This document shows, piece by piece, positions 26,801 to 41,800 of a stretch of 64,000 nucleotides of DNA. Origin of the DNA: Okamejei kenojei (Eukaryota); the NCBI GenBank assembly GCA_035221665.1, contig CM069141.1, positions 54,684,001 through 54,748,000 on the forward strand. Reading direction: 5' to 3'. The position numbers and the translations under genes are program-made. The notes under the pieces were generated by a model. The model was not told where the DNA came from. It worked only from the letters and a program-made list of their open reading frames with translations, and did not search any database. Position 1 is the first letter of the stretch; every line of letters starts with the position of its first letter.

Positions 26801-29800
26801 TGTTGTGTTTCATCAAAATACACCAAAGATTTTAATTCCGTATTATCTGCAGGTGATGAGTAAGTGTCTCAGCTTTGTGACCACCTCAGATTTTTTTTAA
26901 TTCTAATGTCCTGCATAATTTCATGTTTAATTGCAATTATTTTATTTCAGCCAATACAGCCACCAAAAACATGTCAATAGATTAATCTTCCAGAGATGGG
27001 CCCAAGCTACACCTGCCTCTTTGTCGGGTACGTCGAACAATCCTTGTTCGAGGCATACCAGGGCCCCATCCCCGACCTCTACCTCCGCTACATTGGTGAT
27101 TGCTTTCGTGCCACCTCCTGCACCCACACACAACTGACTGACTTCATCCGCTTCACCACTAACTTCCATCCGGCACTCAAATACACCTGGACCATTTCGG
27201 ACACTTCCCAACCATTCCTTGACCTCACTATCTCCATCGCAGGTGATAGACTTCTGACCGACATCCACTATAAACCCACTTACTCCCACGGCTATCTTGA
27301 CTACTCTTCCTCCCACCTTGCTTCCTGTAAGGACTCCATCCCCTATTCCCAATTCCTCCGTCTATGCCACATCTGTTCCCAGGATGAGGTGATCCACACC
27401 TGGGCATCGCAAATGTCCTCATTCTTTAGGGAACGGGGGTTCACCTCCCCTACTATAGATGAGGTTTGCACCAGGGTCTCCTCCATCCCCGTAACACTGC
27501 TCTCTCTCCCCATCCTCTCACAACAAGGGCAGAGTCCCCCTGGTCCTCACCTTTCACCCCACTAGCTGGCACATAGAACAAATAGTCCTCCGTCAGTTTC
27601 GCCACCTCCAACATGACCTCACCACTCGCCACATCTTCCCATCTCTCCCCTTGTCTGCCTTCTGCAAAGACCGCTCCCTCAGTAACTCCCTTGTCAATGT
27701 TTCCCTTCCCTCCCGCTCCACCCCTTCCCCAGGCACTTTCCCTTGCAACGGCAAGAGATGCTACACTTGTCACTTTACCTCCCACTCGACTCCATTCAAG
27801 GACCCAAGCGGCCATTCCAGGTCATTCCTGCACCTCCTCCAACCTCATCTATTGCATCCACAGCTCTAGATGTCAGCTGATCTATATCGGTGAGACCAAG
27901 CGTAGGCTTGGCGATCGTTTCGCCACAACACCTCCGCTCGGTCCCTATTAACCAACCTGACCTACCGGTGGCTCACCATTTCAACTCCCCCTCCCATTCC
28001 ATATCCGACCTCTCTGTCCTGAGCCTCCTCCATGGCCAGAGTGAGCAACACCGGAAATTGGAGGAACAGCACCTCATATTCTGCTTGGGGAGTCTGCATC
28101 CTGGTGGCAAGAACATTGATTTCTCACAATTCTGTTAACCCTTGCTGTCTCCTCCCCTTCCTACCTCTCCCTCAGCCCTCGGGCTCCTCCTCCTCCTTTT
28201 TCCTTTATTCTCCCCGCCTCCCCCCACCCCCTATCAGTCTGAAGATGGGTTTCGGCACGAAACATTGCCTATTTCCTTCGCTCCATAGATGCTGCTGCAC
28301 CCGCTGAGTTTCTCCAGCATTTTTGTCTACCTTCAATTTTCCAGCATCTGCAGTTCCTTCTTAAACACATTAAATCTTCCCTTGGTCATTGTTGTAAGTC
28401 AATGCCATCTCTGACAATTATGAAATAATGAAAGCATTGCTTAGATACTGGATTGCATCCTTTTTGTAATGCATGTTGCATATTAATTCACATTTCTTTC
28501 CATTTTAATATCAAAATAAAATTATTAAGTATACATTTGCATTTGGGCAGCAGAGCGGCACGGCTGATAGAGTTGCTACCTCACAAAACCAGAGACTTGA
28601 ATTAGATGCTGACCTCTGGTGCTGTCTGTGTGGAATTTACACGTTCTCCCTGTGACCATGTCAGTATCCTCCCTGTTCTCTTGTTTATTCCCACTTCTTC
28701 AGATCTCCTCCAGTACTTTGTGTCAATATTTGCTCTCGGTTGGTGTTATTACTCCTTACTCCTGGAGAGCAGCAGTCTCCCCCAGGCTGAGGACAATAGG
28801 ACTCTGACTGCAGTCAGCTGAGAGTCCACTGAGGAATGAAGACTTTGGTTGTCCACTGCCTGTGCCTCAGTGCTAGTAGAACCCTGCTCCTGCAGCCACT
28901 GCACCAAGGGAGAGGCCAACCCCACACTCTCTCCCACTGTGGTGTCCCCAGCCCTTGGATTGGAAACCTGTGCTCATGGCTCTGCTGAAAGCCATGTGAG
29001 AGGTTGACACTCCTCAAGATGTGACACTCCTCAACATGTCATTCAGGAGCCTGCACATGTACACTCTCCATTCACAGTCCTTATTAGAGACTTTGGAGCT
29101 CGTACTCCAAGGGTCTGGCATAGACATTTCCCTGTTCATTGGTCCAGCCCAAACCCTGCCATCTTCTGCTCTTAGATGAACACAAAGTGCTGGTGTACCT
29201 CAGCGGGTCAGGTAACATCTCTGCAGACAAAAGGATGGGTGACATTTCAGATCAGAACCCTTCTTCAGATCTTTTTCTTCAGAGATGCTGCTTGATCCAC
29301 TGAGTTACCTCAACACTTTGTGTCCATCATCTGCTGTTGTCATGTTGTGGTGATCTTTAAGTGCTGTAGCCCTTAATGCTAATTGGTGTTTGAATAGATC
29401 ACTAGGTTTGTAGTACTGAAGCATTCATTAACACCACTAAAAGTAAATAAGGGTCATGTGTGTGAAACCAATAAAGACATTTTCACGAGGATGTTAATGA
29501 AATTGTGGATTCCAGGTGCACAGCGCAGTTTTCGTACTTAAAAGTCAAAAATCTGCACATTTTAGAAATCTGAAATGAGAACAGAAGATGGTGAAACCAC
29601 ACAGCATGTCACGCAGCATCTGTGGAAAGAGAAAAAGAGTTAAAGTTTCAGGTCAATGACACTTCCTTAGAAGTGTCCTGGCTCAAAACGTCGCCTATTC
29701 ATGTTCTCCAGAGATGCTGCCTAACCCGCTGAGTTACTCCAGCACTTTGTGTCTTTTTTGTAAAACAGCATCTGCAGTTGCTTGTGCCTATACTTCCTTC

Positions 29801-32800
29801 AAACTTTTAAAAGGTTCATTGATCTGCAACTTTAACTCAATTTTTTCTTTGCAATGGGTGCTGCGTGATCTGAGGACTGTTCCCAGCATTTGCAGTTTTC
29901 ATGCTCCTGCCTACAGAGGATTGAAATTCCAGGCTATTAGCCACCCTGTTGTCAAAAGTTCTAATGCAGCTATTATTTCAGTGTAAACCCGGACTATGAC
30001 TGGAATTTGCCCATTGTACAGTGGGAAGCATCACTGCCAAATTGGATCCTTCACCAACCAGCCATCCACACACATCATCTGCCTGCGGAGAAGCACTTAC
30101 TTGACATCAAGAATTAGAACTGTGTGATTTATTTGATGCTAATGGATGAGCAGAGAGGGAAGTTGTGACTCTCTGATCTTCCTGAGTGAGGTCCGTTAAA
30201 TTGGATCAAGGATTAAATCCAGGACCTCTGGTCTCTGCAGGCTAATTGTAAACTAGTCAGTGTTATAGGTGAGTAAGAATTTTTGAAGGATGCCAATTTA
30301 ATCTACAAATGTGAAACCTGTGTTTTTGTTTTAACAGAGAAATATACTTTTAAACACTACCCTGTTCTAATTACTGGGACTCTGGCTCTTCTCCTCATCA
30401 TCGTCCTGGTAGTGGTGCTGTGTCTAAGAAAATGTAAGCTTACAGGTAAAGTACTTGAAGAAATGCCTAGTGCATAACATGATTAGAAAAATTATCAATA
30501 GCAATTTTATTTTCTTTGATTAGATGGTACATTGTTATTTGCAATATGGGTATTGTACTGGCTACTTATTTTGTCATGAAGAAACTGCTGAAAGACTTCC
30601 GAGACATAAGAGCAGAATTAGGCCATTTGGCCCCTTGAGTCTGTCAGTCAGTCGTCAAACAAACTATTGTCATTTAGAAATACATTGATATATGCAATTC
30701 CAAACGAAATTCCGTTGCATTTGGCTCCCCATGCAACACGATAATTAACAGAAGGATAAAATGGATAAAAATGGATAAAAGGATAAAAGGATAAATAGAC
30801 AATGGTGGCAGCCCATTACATGGCATTCAGGAGTCTGATGGCTCATGGGAAGAAGCTGTTGCAGAACCTTGACGTTCTGCTCCTTATGCTACAATATCTT
30901 TTGCCCAAGGGCAGCAGAGTGAACAGCCGTGATGGAGATGTGTGGGGTCTTTTATAATACTGCTGGCCTTAGACATGCAACGTTTGGTCGCAATATCCCC
31001 AATTGAGGGGAGAGAAGTCCCGATGATTTTTTCCGCTGTCCTCACCACTGTCTGCACGGACTTCCAGTCGGAGGCTTTACAGTCCCCAAACCAGACAGAG
31101 ATACAGCTGCTCAAAATACTCTCTATGGTGCCCCTGTAGAAAGTGGTGAGGATGGGATGGGGGAGGTGAGCTCTTCTCATCTGGCACAAAAAGTGCAACT
31201 GCTGCTGCGCTCTCTTAACTGTTGATGAGATGGTATTTGACCAGGTCAGACTGTTAGTGATCTGCACCCCCAGGAACTTAGTGTTACTGACCACCTCCAC
31301 ATCGCTGTCATTGATGTGAAGTGGTGTGTGACTCTGCCGGTTTTTCCTGAAGTCGACGATGACGTCCTTGGTTTTTCCACATTCAGGATCAGGTTGTTCG
31401 TATTGCACCAGTCCACCGGTTGTTTCACCTCCTCCCTGTAAGCCATCTCATTGTCGTCCCGGATGAGGCCCACCACTCTTGTGTCATCTGCGTACTTCAT
31501 GATGTGGTTTGTACTAAACCTGGCACAACAGGCTAATGCTTTGCCATTCGATCATGGCTGATCTATTTTTCCCTCTCAACCCCATTCTCCTGCCTTTTCC
31601 CCGTAACCTTTGATGCCCCTACTAATCAAGCACCTATCAATCTCCACTTTTCTGCTGTGGTCTGACCATGGGATAACTGTGTAGCCATCCCGTTGAGTAA
31701 ACAAATACCAACTGTGCCTGAGGCGCTTGTTGATACCTCGTTGATGATGTGATGCAAGAATTATGGTCACAAATCTGCCCACAACAATCCCTTGTGATCC
31801 AAGGGATGAATATTTATCAGGGCACAAGGAGTATCCCCTTTGCTCTTCTGTAATTGGTTCCATAGAAACTCTTGTAACCAATTCAGGAGACAGAAGGGAG
31901 TTGCTTCAACAACTGATCACAGTGATGATGTCTGATGAGGTGACACCTCCAATGCTGCAGCAATCTCACAACACTGCAATGGAGGTGTCAGTTACAACGA
32001 TGTGCTTATGTTTTCTCCAACCTATAGAGTAGCATCTGGAAATGTCCTCAAGTTGCTTCAGTGTAGGTGATTGGACAGATGATATAAACAGAACATCATT
32101 TCATCAGGAGAAGAACCATCAACAACGCAGCATTTACATGCCCACAGGCATTATTGTACATCCATTTATGATAATGCTTTCATAATGAATGGCTCAACTA
32201 GATTCAACTATGCTAATGGAATAGAAATCTAACACAACATTCCATACAAGCTCAGACTCCCATTGCTTACAAATATGTATTCCTAAAATCTTGCAAGGAA
32301 GAAAAGTAACATTTCATGTCCTGTGCGAAGAAAAGGCGATTGAGTTCACCAATAAATGAAATCATACCTTGAACTAATTTGGAATTCTGAACTTATTGGC
32401 GAGACCAGCAATTATTGCCCACCCCCCAGTTGCCCAGCAATGCTAATGAATGCCAGAAGAAAGGCAACAATGTGGATCCAGATTGGCTAAGGTTGCTCTT
32501 TCTTCCTGGAAGGATATCAGTAAACCAGTTGAGTTATTCAACAAACTGATAGTTTGACCATTTTCGCTACTGATGCCACCTTCTACATCAGAATACAAAT
32601 ACCTCGCATTTTATAGGGGTCTTATGTTTTTGAAAAGCAACATGTAATTCACGAATACATAAATTAAACATATAAAACATTTAAACAGGCATACATTGGA
32701 GTGTGCTATTTCAAAAATACTGTATGCAAACTAGGTATTGGTATTTATTAAACAACTGCAATATTTCAAAAATGCATAAATCAAACATGCGGAAAATGCA

Positions 32801-35800
32801 AGGTGCCGGTATATTTTCAAGCTAAACCCAAATTTGCTATGTGTGATTGGAACTTGCACTTTCTGGACTATGAGACCATGCTTGAGAGAATTTGTTTAAT
32901 GTCCAGTTAGCCATGACCATGACATTATTCCTTAACCAAACAAGATTATATGCTCATAATGTGGAGTAAGGTTGGATTTAAGAAAATATTATTTACTTGA
33001 AGACAGTTGAATGACAAACATATCACATTAAAAAAAAATCTTATCACTGCAAAACCATGAATAGTACATAATCATAATTGGTGTTATATCGGAAAGGATT
33101 TCAGCTAGTTGGTAACCAGAGTTTGTGTTGTTCAATGAACGATATTAAAAGGAAAGCTAAGTACATTCTGTTTGGGCAGGTTTGGGGAATCAAAGACAGA
33201 AACCTCCACAATCAAACAGAAACATAGAAGATGAATTCCACCTTTATTCAAATACCAATGAAATCCATCAAACTCAAGGTAATATTGTAATAAGATATAT
33301 TAAATGTATTAAATGGATTTTGCAAGCATTGCTTTCCATTTTCTCAAGGTATTCCATCTCTCCTTTTGATTAACTGCTGTGCGTTTATCCTGTTACAACT
33401 CAGCTGTAAACAGCAAAAGACATTTGTTGATCTTTAAATGCGTTTTCCATTTTTAATGATCATTCTTCATCACAGACATGTGACTGAAAATATTTCCAAT
33501 GTTTAAAATGCAGAAGGGTCCTAAAACACAATCTTCAAAAAGCACAATTTCAGATACCTATTCAAAGACAAGAGGGAATGTACCATCCATATCTTAAGCC
33601 AAGGGTCATCAACCCATTGGCCCCTCCTACACGTCACTGCCCACTGATCATAAAGGCTCATGATAAGTATACATAGATCAAATCTTAATTTGAATGTTTG
33701 CTTATTTGCAAGTGGCAGACTTGTCAGTTGCCAATCAATCAAACAGTCCAGTTAACCTGGATTGATACAAAATGCTGGAGTGACTCAGCAGGACAGGGAG
33801 CAACTCTGGATAGAAGGAATGGGTAATGTTTCAGGTCGAGATCAGAAGAAGGATCTCAACCCAAAACGTCACCCATTCCTTCTATCCAGAGATGCTGCCT
33901 GTCCCATTGTATTACTCCAGCATTTTGTTTCTATCTTCGGTGTAAACCAGCATCTGCAGTTCGTTCCTACACAGTTAACCAGGAGTTGGGCTAGCCATTT
34001 CCTCATTGCTGTCACAAGGTGGTTCTGACCATCTTTTGATGTTGCCCATACATCAGCCTGGGCATACCTACAAAAGTCCCAGTTACTGGTGCCTGGCATT
34101 TGGTAAAGTGTCAGATAATAAAGGCTCTACGGCAGCTCTTAATAAACTAAAGCCAGAAAGAAGCCTTGCACTGTTGAGTCAAGTCAAAATGACCCATTGC
34201 AAAACTTGTTCAGGTTTATTCATTAACTTATGACTGGAAACTTGGATAGAAACTTAAAAAAATGTATTCATTATAAACTCAGGAAATTATGTGCATCCAT
34301 TATAAGGTTTTATACAAAATTACATAATTCAAAATGTTAATCTTCAACCTCTATAAATGTTAAGAAATCGCAGGACTTAACATCCTGCACATGTTTATAG
34401 CACACTTTTTATTTGCCATGTTCTTCATTAATGGTGTAACTAATAGCTCCTTATGTATCCCATTGCACTTACCCACTTATATCTTAGGTATTATAATCCC
34501 ACTACTGAATCTCCAGCAGATATCCTTAAAAAAATGATTAGAGCCAGATTGGTGGATTTACTGCCAATTAGCTTATTCATTGATTGTGAATTCATCATTA
34601 ACAACTTGTAATCACAACTAAATCCACTAATTGCATTGCATTTAGACAATAACTAGACTAAGTGAGACCCGTTGGGTCCCTGTCACACAGGAGGCTTGGT
34701 CCCCCAATGCTATATTCCACCACTCACCCATAGCCCCCAACTGCAGAGGCGCAGCTTATTTCCCCTCATCCCCCAGCACTCCCACCCCCACCTTTTCACC
34801 CTCCCTCTTCTTTCCCCTCTCCTCCCCTCCTCAATCCCTCCCTCACCCCTCTCTCCCTCTCCTTTTCCCTACTCTCAGTTCACTTCCTCCCTCCTTCCAT
34901 AACTCCTCTCCCCTCCCTACCCCCCTTCTATCCCCCTCACTATCCCTCCTCACCTCCCCCAATACCCTCCTCTCCCTCTATTCCCAACTCCCTACCTCCC
35001 CCGCTCCCCCCTCCTCTCCCTCTATTCCCCTCCTTCCCACTCTCCCTCCTCACCTCCCTCTTCTTTTCCCCTCGCCGCGCTGCTTTTGGTCCTACCCTCC
35101 CCAATCCCTCCCCCACCTCTCCTTTCCCCTACCCTCAGTCACTCCCTCCCTTCCTCCATAACTCCTCACCCCTCCCTACTCCCATCCTATCCCTCTACCC
35201 CTCTCCTCCCCCACTCTCCCTCCCCAGAATCTCGAGATTCCCGCTCCTCTCCCTTTTTGCGTTTCCCAGAGGGGCTTCAGCCGTCGGCACCCTTGGATCG
35301 GCCCACAAGCACCAGCAGCTATGGCCGCACCGGCGTGTGGGTGGGGAGTGGGGGGGAGGAGAGAGCACGGAGAAAAGACGGGGGAAGTCATTGGGGAGAG
35401 GGGGGTATCAAGGGGGATTGGGCAGGAGCCAGCGAGGGGGACTAGAGAGGAAGGGGCTGGAGCTGCGGGGCGTTGCGATGTGTGTTTGGGATTCACAGTG
35501 GGCGCTGGACACTCTCCTCCGCCAGGATAAGATTCACCGCTTTCTGTTTGGCGACATCGCCGCGCTGCTTTTGGTCCTTCCGCCGACCACCCACAGCGTC
35601 GTTCAGATCCAGTAAAGATGCGATGGCGCAGGAAAGGGGGACCGTCCCGGGAAGTGACTGGAGAAGAGACCAATCCGCGCGGCGCTGACTGGCAGAAGAG
35701 GAAATCGATCTGCGCACGTGCATTTTTTACAATTTTTAAACCTTGCTACCTTTTACAATATACTACCGATCGGAACGAAACTTGTGGCACTCGCAGCACA

Positions 35801-38800
35801 GGAGAACGGTGAGTGAGCTGGTGAAAAATTGTAGCGCTATCCTGATTAACTTAGATCTCAATAGGGAAATTACACTTTTTTGTAAAATTAGCTGATGAAG
35901 CCTTTATAGAACAAAGCCCTTTAAATTGCTGAAGCAGAAAAATATTTATTTTCCAGGTAGTAACAAGACACTCATACCTGAGACCAATCATAAAGCTGAA
36001 TATATGGCTGTGAACAGGAAGTCAAAGAAAGAAGGTAAATGGATGAATCGTATTCTACATCCCTATTTCCGTATGTATTGTCAAACAAAATGCTGTCAGG
36101 TTTCGTAGAGACAATTTGATTTTAATTATTTGGCCTGGAAATCCTAAAGATCAGTAAAGGTTAATTTTATGTGAGTTTCACAACCTTTAGCAAAATATAA
36201 TTTGCAATGGTGATCCATAATACAACCCTCTGTTTCTGGTGAGTTTAATCATTCTGTACTTCAGTTTACAATTAAAATGCGTGTTTTGCAGTAAAGAAAT
36301 ATAGAGGGGACACATTACCGATCACTCCCTGGTGCTTAGTGTAACCACAGATCCTACATCTAATATAGATACCATTTTCAATTATAGTCTCATTGTCACA
36401 AAAAGTGTAAGATCAAACATCGTACATTGAGAAAGCATAACACTAACAACAGATTATGCATGTTTTAATCCAATTGATTTGTTGTACATCTCAATGGACA
36501 GTATAATTGAGAGTTGCATAGTGAATCCAAAACATTCACCCACTCAAATGATGATCCACTACCATTCAACATACTTCACCAGCATGTAAGTGCTTCTAAA
36601 ACCACTCGAGAAGTATTAACACTAAAGATTATTTCTGGTATGATCATCCCCTATTAGACAGTATTGCTTTTTCCAGAACTGAACACACTGTTCTGACAAG
36701 ATTAATGGTTCAATTAGAAATATTTATTTTCCAGGAGTTAAGAAGACACCATATCCTGAGACAGATGACTTTGCTGAATATTCAAATGTCAATAGGAAGC
36801 CAACACAAGGTAAGAACATTTCTGTGGAGGGATTATTAGTCATAGAAAGTCAGATTTCAGCAAGTGAAACGTTAGCTTCAAGTTAAATGCTTTGGTTTGA
36901 AATCTCTACAAATACATAATGAAAAACTGAGACACTAATTCTCAAATTGCTGCATGTATCCCTATGAGTTCTGGGATATTTTTCTGCACATAATACTGTA
37001 TGCACTGTGTGCCATGTGTACGAATTTGCCTTTTGTGTGATTGTGAGATTGTGTGCAGCACAACAAATTAAGTAAAGTCACAGTGCACTGGCTCCTCACT
37101 TAGCTCTCCGCAGCAGAATCTTGATTTATTAGCTCTCTTGGTCCTATTGAGCTTTCATAATACTCAAGGCTATGTACCACCCTCTACTTTAACATAAGAT
37201 ATCTGTTCAGGCTGCACATTGTTGTGGCTTTGTGGGAATGTACACACTGTGACTTACCCGTGCTAGGATCTGAATCCCTGGCCTTTGCTGACACTCAAGG
37301 TGTAGAGGCTCCCTGTGAGCGTTGGTGTTAGGCTGGCTGCAATGAGCTGTTTGTCTCCTCTGCACTGAGATTTGGGGAGCTCAAACCTGCCCTCTGGCAT
37401 AACAGCAGTGTTGACAGCTACCTATGATGTCTCGTCACTACCTGTTGGACGTGGTTGAAGGTTTTGCCTTCCCCTCTCTAATGGTAACTGTTGAGCTTGT
37501 TAAAAGGGAGAGATCTCTGGGCTGCGGAGAGCTGTGCAACCAAACAAACAGAGGGAAAGTTAACAGTTTTCATCATGTCCACCGGGGGAGGGGGGGAGGA
37601 GGGGGGGTGGGGAGGGGGGGAGGAGAGGGGGGGGGGGGAGGGAGGGGGGGGGAGGGGGGGGGGGGGGAGGGAGGGTGGGGGGGAGGGAGGGGAGGGGGGG
37701 AGGGGGAGGGGGAGTTTCACACAGCAATAGACTGGTGAACGACTCACATTCGATGCCCAGTGCAGCAGTGCTATCAGTAATTCGTCTCTCTGTAAGTAAT
37801 GCATAATGACGACTTTGAGCACCGCTTCCATTATGCTCTAATTCCTGGGAGCGTTCTCCGCACTAAAGCCCAAGTCTGTAAAAAGTGATTCATGCATGGC
37901 TTTGAGATTGTCGATTACACAGCTTCCCAACATTTACTGTCCAGCCTCAGACAGAAAGAGGAAACATTAGGTTATTCGGGAGGCATCAAATTTTGTGGAA
38001 AGGCAGGTGTTTGAGAGCTAGGGGAGGTCGGAGCCAAGAGAATAACAGTGGATGACCAAACAGGAGTCAGCCATTTTATAATTTATAGCATGTAATAAAT
38101 CAGAAACCATGCAGTCTGGGATGTTGCACAGCAGAGTTAATCTGGCAACACTTTTGCCTTGGAAACAGAAAGCTGTGTTTTCAAGTTCCAGTCAAGAACT
38201 TGAATGTGTAACTCAGATCAGTGCTTCAAGGGGGCTGCAAAAGTGCATTTAGTTTAAATCAGCTTGAGAGTTGGTTGAAGATATTTTGAGGGAGAGTAGG
38301 GAGCTGGCATGATGAATGGTTTAATGGTTAATTTATTATCAGCAAGGTGTAGCAAGGTTTAGTGAAATTATTTTTTTGCATACAGATCTGTAAGATTATC
38401 CCTGGTTAAGGCCAGAATACATAGCAACAGCCCACTGTGTTGCAAGAGTCACCAAATGTTGTTGCCATTATCAAAGTCCAAGCTGCAGCTGGCCATTATG
38501 GCCTATTGTAGCCATTGCCTCCATCTGGCTCGCCAGTGAACTATCATCCTTCTCCTCACCCATCCATTTTCAGCCTTTCCCGTAACTCCTAGGGAAATTG
38601 TTCCCTAAACTGTTGGCAACAAAACCAATTAATTGCGTGCTTTATTTATATTGAAACATCAATAATGCTATTTACTTACCAATATTGATATCACCTCAAA
38701 ATTAATCCATTACTTACCTTGTCTGGATCTCTACATATAGAAGCAAATTCTTTGTTTCCATCTTATCTCTGCAGATACTGAGGAAGATATTCATTATGGA

Positions 38801-41800
38801 TCCATCTCCTTCGAGCCGAAAGCATCAGATGGTAAAGTAGATTTTGTTTGAATATATGTTTTCATTTTTTATATTTTGTAGAGGGTAAAATGGACACGGC
38901 TGAGGACACATAGGAGTTGCTAACTGAGTGAATGCTTGTCATTTGCACTGTCCCATACTCAGCTCATTGACTTCAGTATAACTGAAAACAGGCCTATCGC
39001 TTAGCAGTGTAAACATTTACAACCTTCCCCAATGCACACAGACTGTGTTCAGATTTGCTCAACTAGTTCCAGTCCTCCCATAACATGTTCTGACATTGAT
39101 TCTAATAAATGTCAAAATCTACTTATCGGGAAAATTTAGATAAAGAGATTTACTATAACCCAGTGGGGAAAGCATCTTGTTGAATTAAAATGTAATAAAA
39201 ATGAACTGCAGATTCTGGTTTATACCAAAGATAGACATAAAATACTGGAGCATCTCAGTGGGTCAGGCAGCATCTCTGCAGAAAATGGAAAGGTGCAATT
39301 CGGAACGGGGTGCTTCTTCAGACTATCATGTTGAATTCATTTTTTGATGAGTGGTGTCTATCTTGAAACAACATGAACTGATAATATTGGGTGCACCCGA
39401 AATACTGTACATTGCTGAACATGCAACATTCACCCATCCATAGTGCAGGACAAAGCAGCCCACTTGATTGGCACCCCATCATCCAAAACATTAATTCCCT
39501 CCATCATTGGCACACAACGACCGCAGAGTGTACTGTCCACAAAATGAACTGCAGATGCCTTAGGCTTCACAATCGTACCTCCACAACCTGCATCCTCAAT
39601 AAACAAGTAGGACTAAGGCAGCATGGTGTCTGGAAACACCACCATTTGCAGGTTCCCCTCCTAGTTCCATATCATCCTGACTTAGAATATCTTGCTGGTC
39701 CTACATAATTATGGGATCATGCAACTCCTCAACAATAGCACAATGAAACGAGCTTCACCAGATGGATTGTTCTCCAAGAGGCTGTCCAGCATCATCTCAT
39801 CTCAAGGAAATTTTGGAGGAGCAATAAACGCTGGATGTGCCAGCAATGCCCAGATCATCAACAAAGTATATACTACAAAAAGGGAGAGTTTGACGCTCTT
39901 CCCATTGATTAGTGGGGCAATGACATCGCAAGATCATGATGCAACCTTACAGATCTTGCTCAAGTGTGTTTAGAAATATAATGTGGAAACATCCACTGAG
40001 CCCACATCAACCAGCAATCATCCCTACACTAGTTCTACAACCCATTTTCTGATCCTACGCACTAAGGGCAAATTACAGAAGCCAATTAACCGATAAACCT
40101 GCACATTTATGGAATGTGGGAGGAAATGGGAGAACACGGAGAAAACCCATGCAGTCACAAGGAGAAAGTGCAAACCCTGCGCAGACAGCACCCAAGGTCA
40201 GGATCAATCCCAGGTCTCTGGTGCTGTGAGGCGGTATATCTAATGCTGTTCTACTGCTGCACCACTGTGTCTCTGTGTCCAAAATTGCATAACGCTGTCT
40301 TTAACAGACTTTTGTTCAGTTTCACAAATTTCCAAATAAACATCAGTGTGAAATACAGCACATATTCAGTGAACTGGAAGAGGGTGAAATCCAATATCCA
40401 GGCAAAAAGGCTGAAGTTGGGCTCTGGTCCATGCAATGCAGTTAACCCTGACTGCTTTTGCAAGATGCATTTCCCACAAGAACAATGATCAGTTTAGTTT
40501 AGTTTAGTTTAGTTTAGAGATACAGCGCAGAAACAGGCCCTTCGGCCCACTGGGTCCACGCCGTCCAGCGATCCCCACACACCAACACTATCCTTCACAC
40601 ACTAGGGATATTTTTTACATTTTACCAAGCCAATTAACCTACAAACCTGTACATCTTTGGAGTGTGGGAGGAAACCAAAGATCTCTGAGAAAACCCATGC
40701 AGGCCACGGGGAGAACGTACAAACTCCGTATAGACAGCACCCGTAGTCAGGATCAAACCCGGATCACTTTCCTCTTTGGAGAAATAAATCTTTGGGTTAT
40801 CTTTTGGTAACCACTTGAATTTTCATAGTTTTGACGCACATGCACTTATATCCTCGATAATATAATAAGCAAAAGAGTGATGATCAGTGACATGACTACT
40901 ATTGTTTTCATGTTGCCTCTACACCTCAGTGGAAGTAATAGTGATAACCATACAGCATGTGAACAGGCGCTACAGCAATTAAGTCCATGCTGACTGTCCA
41001 GTACACACACTAATTCTACATCAATACCATTTTATTCTCCACACATTCCCATCACTTTCTTCCCAGATTCAACTGGCATCCATTGGGGGAGTCCAGAACC
41101 AAGGGTCACAGTTTAAGAATAATGGGTAGGCCATTTAGTACTGAGATGAGGAAAAACCTTTTCACCCAGAGAGTTGTGAATCTGTGGAATTATCTGCCAC
41201 AGAAGGCAGTGGAGGCCAATTCACTGTATGTTTCCATGAGTGAGTTACATTTAACTTTTTGGGCTAAAGGAATCAAGGTATATGGGTAAAAGCTGGAATG
41301 AGGTACTGATTTTGGATGATCAGCCATGATCAAATTGAATGGCAGTGCTGGCTCGAAGGGCCGAATGGCCTACTCCTGCACCTATTTTCTATGTTTCTAT
41401 GTTTCTGCATTCCTGTGGGTAATATACCGTGCCCAAATGTCCTACCAACCTGCACATATATGACACGTGGGAAAAAAACGGAGGACCTTAAGGAAACCAT
41501 GCTGTCATAGAGAGGCCATGCAAATTCATCCTGGCCAGAGCTGGAAGCCAGGGTTAAAACTGCATCACTGGCACAGTGAGGCAGTAACTCTACCTGCTGC
41601 ACCATTGTGACACCTTCATTTCCTGCACTTATTTACCAGGAGATTCATCTGAAAACACTCATATCCACAGCTCCTGGCTGAGCCAGAAACGTTTTGTGCT
41701 GGCTCCCAAGTATCATGAAGGAGTTTAGTTCACAAATGGCCATCCCCGCAGCTTACTTTGTAAATGCAGTGCCTAGAACACACACTGCAACTGGGTTTTC

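Noticed and set aside
6908-26859. A rearranging Ig/TCR/IgNAR locus
   Set aside because: The V exons end in splice donors rather than heptamer-nonamer signals, and there are no C1 domains or J segments.
31740-31910. Possible Harbinger/HARBI1 nuclease remnant (CDARIMVTNL...GHKEYPL)
   Set aside because: It is too short and degenerate to support without a profile search.
34672-37831. Pro/Gly-rich ORFs here and at about 9729-10070, 16550-16906, 17833-18030 and 62674-63663
   Set aside because: They arise from C/G low-complexity tracts or GC-rich transposon interiors and have no splice or protein-family support.
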